This document shows positions 13,640 through 24,441 of a stretch of 64,000 nt of DNA, piece by piece. The number at the start of each line of letters is the position of its first letter. The first letter of the stretch is position 1. This DNA is from Negaprion brevirostris (Eukaryota), in NCBI GenBank assembly GCA_030324005.1, contig JARDVH010000140.1, positions 30,016,982 to 30,080,981 of the forward strand. Direction: 5' to 3'. Position numbers and translations under genes: made by a program. The notes beneath the pieces were generated by a model that searched no databases, had not been told where the DNA came from, and was given only the letters and a program-made list of their open reading frames with translations.

Positions 13640-13978
13640 CTAATGAAGGTTGTCAAAGTCATGAACTATTCTGAGGTGATAAAGACCCTAAGGTTGTTTC
13701 TGCTCGTTGGTGAATCAGTAATAACAAGATTTAGATTGATGAACCAGAGAGAAATTAGAAGCATTTTTTTACATAATTGGGCTATTAGAACGCAGAATGC
13801 TGTACTAAAACACTTATTAAAGCAGAGAGTAAAACATTATTCAAAATCAAAGTATAATAGGATACAGAGAAAGAGTGAACAAATAGAGGGCTTAATTTGC
13901 AGAGCTAGGGCTGACACAAGCTTAGTGAGTCATAGATCCCCTTCCCTGTTATACAGGTTATATATGATTCTATGATTT
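13640..13978 (+). mobile_element. Degenerate CR1 3' end
   Basis: ggagacctaatgaaggttgtcaaagtcatg...tgtttctgctcgttggtgaatcagta... ending in an atgattctatgatt tail. Confidence 0.65.
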
Positions 13979-14559
13979 TATGTTAATGATTCCTCTCATT
14001 TTCTGCTGCAGAGCGTTCTGTTTTTCTGATTCATTCCAACAAAGCACTTCTCATGTCGTCTCCATAACTTGTTTCCCTATGGTTCAAGGGGCGAACAGTC
14101 AAAGAAATCACATGCGGCGACTGGATGAGCTACGAGAAATGATTCAATAAATTTAATGGTACACCTTATGATGGTTGAGGTCCAGAAATGGAAGCTCATT
14201 GCAATGTACAAAGTATTCACTGGCATGGATAATGTAGACCGCAATATTATTTGGAATTGATGAGAATAACAGATGCAGAGAGCGTAAATTAGTGAGCAAT
14301 CATTTAAGAATGGATATAGCGGAGTTTAAGTCTGATTTTTCTCTCCTATGCTTCCTGTGGGCAATGTCATGCAAATACATCAGGATTGCACATCCTTCCA
14401 TTTATTTATTACCATTTTAATGAATGGAAGATTATGGACAATGCGTTTCATGTGCTTCCTTATCCTCACTGGGAGTGTAGAATTGGCATGTAAGGACTCA
14501 AATGCTTGGAACAATCTGCCTCGTCAAGATTGGGATCAAACTTTATTTATACCGCAGTT

Positions 14560-14712
14560 GGCTGCTGTGGTGGAAAAGCTAGAGTATGTGATGCTTGAGT
14601 TTCATCTGCGTTTCCTCACACCACAACAATGAGTCTACCTCAGAAGTACTTTATTGCCATAAAGGGCTTTGGGACATGCTATGGCTGCGAAACACGCCAT
14701 ATAAATAAATAG
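14560..14712 (+). mobile_element. DeuSINE/SacSINE1-like 3' tail
   Basis: gtttcctcacaccacaacaatgag...aagtactttattgccataaagggctttgggacat...tataaat; same tail as 60485-60578 and 62375-62858. Confidence 0.6.
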
Positions 14713-15177
14713 CATTTTAAAAATCAAAGTATAGACATTTGTAGAAACAGCTGACTTTTATTTTCCTCTAAATCAATGGAAACGGAAGCCAGGTAATTTC
14801 TATAATGGGCAGCCAACATGCAACACCAGTTTTATGCTGAGGTGGCAATTTGCAGACCTAACCAATTAAAAGCTTAAAAACAAAACCTGGTCTTGAAGCA
14901 GTTGCAGGATCTGACCACTAAGTGTTGCTCTACAGCAGGCTAAGTATGTCTTGGTCAACAGGTATGGTAGGTAAGTTGTAAAGTTTAAAAAGAAAAAAGC
15001 TAACTTGGCAACACCTCCTGATTCCTACGCATATCATCACAACTACCCCCCACCTCCCTTTCCATCTATGCAATAGCCCCTGTCCATTCTCCTGATAAAA
15101 GTAAATTACCGTGGATGCTGGAATTTGAAATAAAAACAGAAAATGCTGGAAAATCTCAGCAGGTCTCACAGTGTCTG

Positions 15178-15950
15178 ATTTTGCTTTGATTTATTATTGT
15201 CACATGTCATGTACAGTGAAAAGAATTGTTTTTTGTGCACTATACAGACAAAGCATACCATACATAGGGAAGGAAAGGAGACAATGCAGAATGTAGTGTT
15301 GCAGTCATAGCTCTGTAGAGAAAGGTCAACTTAATGAGAGGTAGGTCTGTTCAAAAGTCTGATGGCAACAGAGAAGAAGTTTTTTTTTGAGTCGGTTGGT
15401 ACATGTCCTCAGACTTTTGTATGTTTTTTCCCAACAGAAAAAGGTGAAAGAGAGTATGTCTGGGTGCGTGGGATCATTGATTATGCTGGCTGCCTTGCCA
15501 AGGCATTGGAAAGTGTAGACAGAGTCGATGAATGGGAGGCTGATTTAAGTGATGGACTGGGCTTCATTCACAACCCTCTGTAGTTTCTTACAGTCTTGGA
15601 CAGAGCAGGAGCCATACCAAGCTGTGATACAACCAGAAAGAATGCTTTCTACAGTGCATCTGTAGCAGTTGGTGAGTTGTAGTGGGGATGCCAAGAAGGG
15701 ATACCTTATTGCAGAAGGTAAGGGGGCATGGAGTTGGGGGTAGGGTGTTAGCNNNNNNNNNNNNNNNNNNNNNNNNNNNNNNNNNNNNNNNNNNNNNNNN
15801 NNNNNNNNNNNNNNNNNNNNNNNNNNNNNNNNNNNNNNNNNNNNNNNNNNNNTCGAAGAGCTAGATGGCCTACTCTTGCTCCTATTTCTTATGTTCTTAT
15901 GCTAAATCTCCTCAGTCTCCTGAGAAAGTAGAGGTGTTGGTGGGCTTTCT
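15178..15950 (-). mobile_element. Rex1/Babar-type LINE 3' end, interrupted by CR1
   Basis: Reverse complement of the 12795-13365 family including the (GATTT)n tail; resumes at 15900 (ctcagtctcctgagaaagtagagg). Confidence 0.85.
15682..15901 (+). mobile_element. CR1 fragment spanning an N-gap
   Basis: LLQKVRGHGVGGRVL RT motif before the gap; atggcctactcttgctcctatttcttatgttcttatg tail after it. Confidence 0.75.
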
Positions 15951-16268
15951 GAGGAGGGAGAACAGAGCTAATCTTCTGAGTGTGGTTGACCATTCGTCAG
16001 AGCTCCTGATGATTCTTTCTCCCATTTGCCTCTATTCGTCCAATGCTTCCAAAACACCTGCCTGCATTTGATCTTCTTGCTATATCAGCTGGTTTCTCTA
16101 TTCAACTAATCAATCCTCATCCCCCAACACTATCAATTTATCAAAATTACTGGCAAATAAATCAACCTGTTTTAATCCTCCCACTCTCCTCATTGACCCA
16201 AATAATCATTCCAATTAAACTGTCCCATTTCCACTTAGTATTGAAAAGGACCCCTGCGNNNNNNNNNN

Positions 16269-16580
16269 GGATTCGCGAGTTAAATGGCGATCCCCAGAGG
16301 TGTGTGGGGGGCGGCGGCGGGGGGGGGGCGGTGGTAAGTGGCGGTGGGCAGAGAAAACCTGCAATACAGAGAAAAGAGACGCATTCAGCAGTGGATTTCA
16401 CACAACAACGTCCACCGTATCAGTTGATGAATATCCTAACGAAGACAAGCGGCCTGGATTCGCGCTGACTGTTCAACATATGCCCCAATAGGTTGCTCCT
16501 TTACCAAGATGGCGGCGACGGACCACGGACTACCTTCAACACCCCCAAAATCTCTCCTCTACCGCTCAGCAGAACGTTAA
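16269..16580. promoter_or_regulatory. CpG-rich promoter-like island (candidate)
   Basis: Dense CpG in a CpG-depleted window; CAAGATGGCGGC (16505-16516) and AAATGGCG (16282) YY1-type motifs; GC-box-like GGGGCGG runs; TTCGCG twice; no similarity to the repeats recognised in this window. Confidence 0.45.
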
Positions 16581-17604
16581 AAAAAATCCTCAATTATTAA
16601 AATCAATCACACAGGACGCCTTGCATGCGATTACTGTACACCGATTGTCTCTCTCTTTCATTCTACTAAACTGCCCCCTGCCACATCTCCCCAATCTTCT
16701 TACTACTTTTCATCTATTCTCTTTCTACTTCTTCCTCAGCAACTTCTCTTCATGTCCCTCCACCCACCTCTCCAGTCCACCTTGTCCCATTTTTGGCTTT
16801 ATCCTTTCCCTGTTTCCACTGCCCTCTCTCTCTTCCTTGCTGTAACCTCCCCTGCCCCACTTCTCCATCTCCTCTGTGCCTGCTCCTTTCCCTTCCCTAG
16901 CTAGATCCAGTCATCCTCACTGCCCTCTAACCCCTCCTGGCCTGAATACTGCCTTGACTCCCTGTGTAGATTGCTGCAGCAGATTGACCAGTTAATTGAA
17001 TGCACTACCAGTAAATTAAACGGAACATACAGCAAATGGCAATGGGGTTGTTTATAATCAATTACTTTTCCATTTTCATGTGGTAATAATATCACAGAAA
17101 ATCTTTTCATACTGCAGTCATTTTCATTTGTGCTGCCGTTGCATTGTATGCACTCATGCACTGCTGATCAATGGGTAATTTCAAGATGTTTTAAAACAAG
17201 ATTATTCATCAAACATCCTGGATCAGAAATATCATTAACTGATCTATTTTTTGTTCATTTTCAGCTTGTCTGTCATACTGGATGAGCTGGTAATACTAAC
17301 TGATTTGCGGTCACAGTTATAGACCAATAATTTTGAGCCACAATGGATGTGACTGTGCAATAATTTAAAAGATTCCAACCAAATCTGTAATAGAATTGTA
17401 TTGATGGATTTTTCATGTGTGATAGTTTGTTAAGGGATAGGCAGGTGAGAAGTTGCCTTAATATCTCAGAAACTGCTGGGCATCTTTAGACAGACCGAAA
17501 TTTTACGCAAAGATTCTACCATGGGTTGGCTGTCGTATTACTGTGCAACTAAAAAAACATTTCAGTGAAATAAGACATGATTCAATCACTGAGTTCACTT
17601 TGCT

Positions 17605-17945
17605 TGATGTGGAGATGCTGGCGTTGGACTGGGGTAAACACAGTAAGAAGTCTCACAACACCAGGTTAAAATCCAACAGGTTNNNNNNNNNNNNNNNNNN
17701 NNNNNNNNNNNNNNNNNNNNNNNNNNNNNNNNNNNNNNNNNNNNNNNNNNNNNNNNNNNNNNNNNNNNNNNNNNNNNNNNNNNNNNNNNNNNNNNNNNNN
17801 NNNNNNNNNNNNNNNNNNNNNNNNNNNNNNNNNNNNNNNNNNNNNNNNNNNNNNNNNAGCAAACCCCGAAAGCTAGTGGTGCTTACTACCAAATAAACCT
17901 GTTGGATTTTAACCTGGTGTTGTGAGACTTCTTACTGTGTTCACT
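17605..17945. mobile_element. Penelope-like insertion with inverted pseudo-LTR ends across a gap
   Basis: cacagtaagaagtctcacaacaccaggttaaaatccaacaggtt and its reverse complement aacctgttggattttaacctggtgttgtgagacttcttactgtg; flanking repeat gttcacttt(g/t)cttg. Confidence 0.75.
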
Positions 17946-18038
17946 TTTCTTGCCAGAGTTTGACCCTTTTGGTAACTTGACCAAGTGGAGTAAACAGCCA
18001 GAGTTCTCCCTTTGCATCAAGTGAGTGACATGAAATCA

Positions 18039-18343
18039 GGGCAGCATGATGGCACTGCTGCTCTGTGCCAGGGACTCAGGTTCGATTCCCAGCTTGGGTT
18101 ACTGTCTATGTGGAGTTTACACATTCTCCCTATGTCTGCATGGGTTTACTTCGAGTGCTCTGGATTCCTCCCATGCTCTAAAGATGTGCAGGTTAGATTG
18201 ATTGGCCGTGCTGAAAAGAATTGTCCCTTAGTGTCAGGAGGTAAGTAGGGTTAAGGGGATAGGGGCTTGGTGGGATTTTGGATGGTGTAGACTCGATGGG
18301 CCGAATGGCCTCCTTTTGCACTGTCAGGATTCTATGGATTCTA
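18039..18343 (+). mobile_element. HE1-type SINE
   Basis: ggttcgattcc B box, HE1 core, gactcgatgggccgaatggcctcc...gattctatg tail. Confidence 0.9.
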
Positions 18344-18384
18344 GGGACTGTATCCTATTTTAATTGTCTATCGCAGAATGAGTT

Positions 18385-18608
18385 TGTTACATACTTAAAT
18401 GGTTACATGATTACTTTAAGAACTGATCACATTATTTGATGGTGATGTCATTAGGGTGTTTCACGTGCTGACGTTTAGTTTCATTTTCTACTTTATACAG
18501 TCAAACACTCTTAGAATAAACCTGTTGTGTTTAAATCTGCGTATGCAAACTATATCCTTTCTCTTTGTGCTTAAAACCCACAACCCCGAACATGTTTAGG
18601 ACATTAAA
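18385..18608 (+). mobile_element. Solo LTR (224 bp), left member of an inverted pair
   Basis: TGTTA...ACATTAAA termini, internal AATAAA, perfect 5-bp TSD GAGTT (18380-18384 and 18609-18613). Confidence 0.8.
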
Positions 18609-18626
18609 GAGTTAATTCCAGAGAAT

Positions 18627-18848
18627 TGTAATGTCCTAACTATGTTAGGGGTTGTGGGTCTTAACAAAAAGAAAAGAACATGGTTTGCACACACAGATTC
18701 AAATGAACAACAACAGATTTCATTGAAAAAAGTGTTCTCTTTACTGCACAGAGTACAAACTGAAAGTAAAACAGCACCCGAATGACATCACCATCAAATC
18801 AAGTGATCAGTTCTTCAAGCAACCTGCAACCCTTTGAAATATATAACA
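18627..18848 (-). mobile_element. Solo LTR (222 bp), right member of an inverted pair
   Basis: Reverse complement reads TGTTA...ACATTACA and aligns end to end with 18385-18608; flanks AGAAT/AGCAT (4/5 TSD). Confidence 0.8.
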
Positions 18849-20389
18849 AGCATGGAGAACTTCTGAAAAAATTCTCACCACCTTTGCATGTGCACATTCC
18901 AATAGAGTGAAATCAGATTCAGTCTTTTTGATGATGAGAGAGGTATCAAGTCACACTGAAGGTGCATTAGGAGGCATTACTTTGACGCGCAACATTTTCA
19001 GAGTATAGGTTTGAAAGTGTATGTGCCTCAGGTAAATTTTATCCCTGTAACACCAGTCAGTCACATTAATACTGCGCAAAATAATACTCTACTGAAAATT
19101 CACATTCTCATCAGAACTAGAGAATTCTGTGCTGTTTGGATTAATATCTAGAAATCAATTTAAATCTGCATTTACTCTATTTCCACATTTTTACCCTCGT
19201 AAGGTCACTGGAACATTTCAAAAGTGCTGCATTTATCAGGAAGCGTGAAAAATACAATACTAAAGGTACATATCTTTCTTTATTTAAAATGGTCATTTGA
19301 CAGTGTGCTGGCTCAGGTGCTGCCTTTGTCAAAGATTAGACCACTGGAAAACATCAAATATGGCATCACATCAGCAATACTTCTAAGTGGATAATGGTTC
19401 TGCCCTAGCATCCCACTGTGGAGAAATTTTCATGCTTGATTCAACTCATGATGAAGATTTGCAATTCCCTTGCTACCCGTTCAACATGGTGCTGCTAATG
19501 AACTTTGCCTCTTAAGTAGCTTTTTCCATTACGTCTGCATTTTATGTTCATTAGTAATACTTGCTCTTGATTGAGTCCTTCTTCATATACTTTCCAAGGT
19601 AGAGGTTGCAGCCATGGGAAAAGGACCCTGTCCCATGCATTCTTGCCCATGCTGACAGCTTGGGCAATCCCACTAGTTCCTCAGACACATGTCAGCTGAC
19701 TTTAAGCTGGTTAGTTGATTATTTAGATTGGTCTGTCTTTCTAACAGTGCAATAATCATATGAAAACCTGAAAGACTGTTTCCTGTTTGCCGTTTCCCTC
19801 CGCTCCAAGATGGAATTACTGCAACAGCTTTTCCCTTGTGAATGTAGGAAGCGTCTGTTAAAAGTACCTGCTGCGTTTAGAGAGGCAGCTTTGTTCTTCA
19901 GGTGAAAAACTATTGTAACTTGATTTGCAATGTTTTTGAGTTTCAGTAAGTCACAAATACGAATAGCAGTCAGTTTTCAGGTCTAACCTCATTTGCATAA
20001 TTATTCACAATTCCAGGTCCAAACTTGGATTGATCTACGCTAAGTTCAATGGCAGAAGAGGAAAGTTGTACACAGCCCCAATATAAGTGGGTGGAGACCA
20101 TTATAAAGGAACATTGTAGGGAAACAAAACTTTGGAAATCTTCTGGAAAGCATTGAAAGCCATCAGCAACTCCTGCAAAAGCTGAAAGGACCATGGAGTT
20201 AAGAAACACTGGGTCAGGATGAAGGAAGGAAGGAAATTTACATTCTGTAAATAAATGATATTGGAGCCTAATACTTGGCTTCCTCTTTGATGGCTGCTGG
20301 AATTGAGGTGGTGGCTGCATGAGACATTTGTGAGGAGGATGTTCCTCTGTCATTTCGTAGCACTCATACCATCCTCATGCCATCCAATA

Positions 20390-20527
20390 GACTCCCCTTC
20401 CAGCCATCTAGCACTCCTTCCATACTGCATTGGAGTGTTAGCCGAGATTTCTCTGCTGTAGGGCATGCGTCCGCAACTTTCCAACTCAAGAAGTGGGAAC
20501 GCTACCAACTGAGCCACAGATAACACT
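20390..20527 (-). mobile_element. tRNA-derived SINE head (DeuSINE/SacSINE1-like)
   Basis: Reverse complement gtggctcagttggtagc...cttgagttggaaagttg...ctaacactccaatgcagta..ggagtgc. Confidence 0.55.
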
Positions 20528-21281
20528 GCATTGGTAGAATACCTGAACGATAGTAGAACCCCAGCAGTAATTGAGTTTGTAAAAAGTCAAAAGCCTAGTT
20601 GTTCCCAACTAGAATATAATTAATGATCTTATACAGAAGTTATCCTTTTGTCACCCACTTAACTGTCCTTTTTTAAATGTTCAAGACAGATTCCTGCATA
20701 GACTCCAGATAGATCTATTGCTCTGAAATGATGGTCTAAATGTAACTTCAAAATTATGACTGGACCTTAATTCATTTAAAATTATTGTCTTTCAAAGGAG
20801 CTGACGATAGAACATATCCTTGGAATAATGATTGTATTTAAATTTAGTGGCTTGGTTCTTATCTCTGACATTCATATTTTAGAGAAATTAACAAAACTCT
20901 AATATGGTAACAAGTGATCTAAAATCTTCTGCTGTGGTTGAATTTGGTTTTTACCCCCTTCTGTAAGAACTAAAGATTGAAAAAAACCTGTACCAAACCA
21001 GATCTTGGATAAAGTGCTGCATTTGTATGACAGTCAATTTGAAACTATAATTGCATTTTGAGCAAATGTTGTGCAATTTTAAACTGAATTGGAACACCTT
21101 TAGAAGGATGTTGTCAGAAGTGAGATAATATTTTGGACATATGCCAGGTGTTGCTTTTTGTTCAAGATTGAGCGTACAAATACAACATTAACTTTATCCA
21201 GAACATTTTCATCTCTTCACATTTCTCCAAATCAGTGCAGTGGTTGTGTTTGGTGGCATTAGTCAGGGAGACTTCTAGCTT

Positions 21282-21850
21282 AAAAGCAAAATGCTGCGGA
21301 TGCCGGAAACAAAAATGGAAAATGTTGTAAAATCTCGGACAGTTTGACAGCATCTGTAAGGAGAGAATAGAGCCAAAGTTCGTCAGAGCTAAGAGCAAAT
21401 AAAATCAGCAGAGATTTCTACAATGAGGGTTGGTGGGGGTGGGGAGGGTCTGGGTTGGAATGGGATAAAAGGAATGTAAATGAGGATACAAAAGGCCAAG
21501 AGGGTGCTACAAGTGTCCATTAAGTCATCACAATGCAAGAATGTCAGAACAGAGGGTAATGGTTGCCTTAGGCATGTGGCAGTTGCACTAAAGGAGTTGG
21601 GGGTGGGGTTTGGAAAGAAGGAGACCTGGAATGGAGAAGTGAAAACATAGAAGTGAAAAAGAAGGATGACAAAGTGGATGAATGAGATGAAATGGAATAA
21701 CATAAATGGAAATGGAGTGAAGGTGGAGGGGAGAGTTCATCCCTGAAGTTGTTGAACTCAGTGTTCAGTCCAGAAAGGTGTAAAGTGCCCATTCAGAAGA
21801 TGAGGTGCTGTTCTTTCAGTTTGCAATGGGGTTTGCTAGAATGTTGCATG
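21282..21850 (-). mobile_element. Penelope-like element 3' part (GIY-YIG C-terminus plus pseudo-LTR)
   Basis: Minus translation KLKEQHLIF*MGTLHLSGLNTEFNNFR matches the Penelope C-terminal motif LEEQHLIFRLGTLQPxGLN, followed by the pseudo-LTR segment. Confidence 0.85.
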
Positions 21851-22205
21851 TTCTGATCCCAGTGTTAGTGTCAAAGCCTTGATTAATTTTTAGATTGAAC
21901 ATAGAGCCAATTTTTTCTGGAAGATCAGCAGCAGCAATGGAAGAAGAAGCTAAGTAGAAACACAAGAACTTTTCAGAAACAAGCAACTCCTGGGGACGCA
22001 TCAGGAGGGAAGTAATGATAACATTTACATTTATCTCCTTGATGACCCTCCTTTTTAACCAGTAAAAGAGGATTGTTTTTGTTTCACTGGCTTAAATAAT
22101 CCTCANNNNNNNNNNNNNNNNNNNNNNNNNNNNNNNNNNNNNNNNNNNNNNNNNNNNNNNNNNNNNNNNNNNNNNNNNNNNNNNNNNNNNNNNNNNNNNN
22201 NNNNN

Positions 22206-22265
22206 CTGTTGACCTCGGGTGGGATCTTACAGTTTCAGGACGAGCGAAGCCATAAAATCCCACCC
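22206..22265. mobile_element. Short TIR element family A, partial (after gap)
   Basis: gttgacctcgggtgggatcttac...taaaatcccaccc matches the right half of 5377-5503. Confidence 0.6.
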
Positions 22266-22299
22266 ATTGTTTTTGCTCAACTCAATAAAGAGTGGCCAT

Positions 22300-22615
22300 T
22301 TTTTAATTTATTCATGGGATATTCATGTCACTAGCAGGACCAGCATTTATTGCCCATCCCAAATTGTCCTGGGTGTAACTCCAGATCCATAGCAATATGG
22401 TTGACCCTTTAACTGTCCTCAGTTCAACCTTCTTAAATTGTTGGCATGTCCACAATGCTATTAGGAAGGATGTTCCAAAATTTTGACCCAGCAACTGTTA
22501 AAAGTCTAATGATGCTGATTAGAGTAATGATATTCAATGGTAGAGTATAATGATGACCATGAAAAAATTGTCAATTGCTGTAAAACCCATCAGGTTTACC
22601 AATGTCCTTTAGGTA
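22300..22615. mobile_element. Scrambled SINE2/CR1-like mosaic
   Basis: Alternating minus and plus pieces homologous to 41571-41940 and 11905-12097. Confidence 0.6.
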
Positions 22616-22689
22616 AGTGTGGTAACATGGTCACTCTAAGAGATGATTCTTTGCAGGCCACTTGACTGGGCCGGAACCAACAAGCACAT

Positions 22690-23215
22690 GTACCTCATAT
22701 CCCAGTCTTCCCTCCCTACTCATATACCCATCCAGAAGCCTCTTAAATGTTGCTAATGTGCCTATTTCCACCATTTCCTTTGGCAGTGCATTCCAGGCAC
22801 TCACCACTCTCTCTGTGAAAAACTTTCCCCGTATGTCTCCCTTAAACTTTCCCCTGTCATTGTAAACCTGTGCCCCCTTGTAATTGACACTCCCACGCTT
22901 GGAAGAAGCCTTTGACTATCTACTCTGTCTATATCTCTTATAATTTTGTAGACCTCTATCTGATCTCCCTTCAGCCTCCATCTTTCCAGTGAAAACAATC
23001 CTAATTTAGTCAACCTCCCCTCATAGTCAACAACCTCGAAACTAGGCGACATCCTGGTGAACCTTCTTTGTACACTCTCCAAAGCTTCCCACATCCTTCT
23101 GTAGTGTGGTGACCAGAACTGCACGCAAAATTTCAAATGCAAGGTTTTATATAGCTGCAACCTGATTTCTCAACTTTTGTACTCAATGCTCCAGTTGATC
23201 AAGGCAAGCAGCCAA
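22690..23215 (-). mobile_element. CR1 LINE ORF2 C-terminal fragment
   Basis: ORF 22801-23160: LYKTL..CVQFWSPHYR..ALESVQRRFTRM..LGLFSLERWRLKGDQIEVYKII. Confidence 0.95.
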
Positions 23216-23844
23216 TCCATGCAGTTATTTATGCTCAACCCCAGCATCATCCCAAGTTTCTTCATCAAAATCTGTCATTGTGACCTTACATTCTCTTCTC
23301 CCTCACAAATATCTTCCCCATCTGTACTTTTTCCTTCTTGTGTTTCGCATTTTCACCGCTCCTTGCGCGAGGAAGTTTCTTCTAAATTCTTCATTGGATT
23401 CTATCTTGCACTGATGGCCTCTAATTATGCTTGGCCTCGCAAGAGGAAACATAGGCTGGGATGTTTTGGACCAGCCATGGTAGGATCCACCACCGTAGGG
23501 GCCTAGCAAAAGCCTATTGGTTACTTTTTAACCAGTAAAAGAGGATTGTTTTTGTTTCACTGGCTTAAATAATCCTCAGTGGTGAAAAATAAAGGTCAGG
23601 GTGTCAAGCCCTGTGATATCATGAACAACATCCCAGAACTGTTTAGAAAATCCATGTAAGAGCCATCAAAATACTCAGACAGGGTGATGTCCTGAATGTA
23701 TAATTACTTAAACCTTACTGTGAGAAAAAGCACTATTACTCCCCACGCTGAGTCCTAAAAGTCGGTCCACTGCGTGGACGAGCTGATATCAACTATATAG
23801 ATGTTTCAGTGTTAAAATTTTAAGGATCCCTTGCATCGTCATTA

Positions 23845-24123
23845 AGGTGAGAGGAGGCAAGTTTAAGGGAGATGCATGGGGAAGTTTTTCACACAGCGAG
23901 TGGTGGGTGCCTGCAACACACTGTCAGAGGAAGTGGTGGAAGCGGGTATGTTAGCAGCATTGAAGAAGCATCTGGATAGATTCATAAATAGGGAAGGAAT
24001 AGAATGATATGGATGGAGTCAGGGCAGTAGGTTTTTTTTAGTTCAGCTAGGGCATCATTATCAGCATGGACTTGGAGAGCCAGTGGGCCAGTTCCTGTGC
24101 TGTATTGTTCTTTGCTCTTCTTT
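23845..24123 (+). mobile_element. CR1 3' end
   Basis: aaggtgagaggaggcaagtttaagggagatg...ttttcacacagcgagtggtgggtgcctg...ttcctgtgctgtattgttctttg. Confidence 0.85.
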
Positions 24124-24315
24124 GCTTGTTTTACCTCATCTCTTGACATTAAACTCAACCCAAAGTCTCAAGGTGCTATGATGAGATTTGAATTTATGTC
24201 ACTGGATTATATTTAGGACTCTGGGCACAAGTCATATGCTGCATTTTCCTTTCACATGTTATGATCTTAATTACCAGTTGGTGAAGGAAGCAAGCAGCGT
24301 CAGTCTTTACTTGGA

Positions 24316-24441
24316 TAAAGGCAAAATACTGTGGATGCTGGAATCTGAAACAGAAATGGAAAAGGATGGAAAATCTCAGCAGGTTGACAGCATCTGTGGA
24401 GAGACAATAGAATCCAACGTTTCAAGTCTAGATGACCCTTG
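24316..24441 (-). mobile_element. Penelope pseudo-LTR fragment
   Basis: gcaaaatactgtggatgctggaatctgaaac...ggaaaatctcagcagg...aacgtttcaagtctagatgaccctt. Confidence 0.8.

Larger units (their letters stand above)
15097..16005 (-). mobile_element. Penelope pseudo-LTR fragment split by nested insertions (arms 15097-15178 and 15952-16005)
   Basis: ggatgctggaatttgaaataaaaacagaaaatgctggaaaatctcagcaggtct resumes at ggagggagaacagagctaa...gaccattcgtcagagc, as in the uninterrupted copies at 24316 and 28478. Confidence 0.75.
22051..23578 (+). repeat. Exact 55-bp direct duplication (22051-22105 and 23524-23578)
   Basis: ctttttaaccagtaaaagaggattgtttttgtttcactggcttaaataatcctca occurs twice; the first copy ends at an N-gap. 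Confidence 0.9.
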
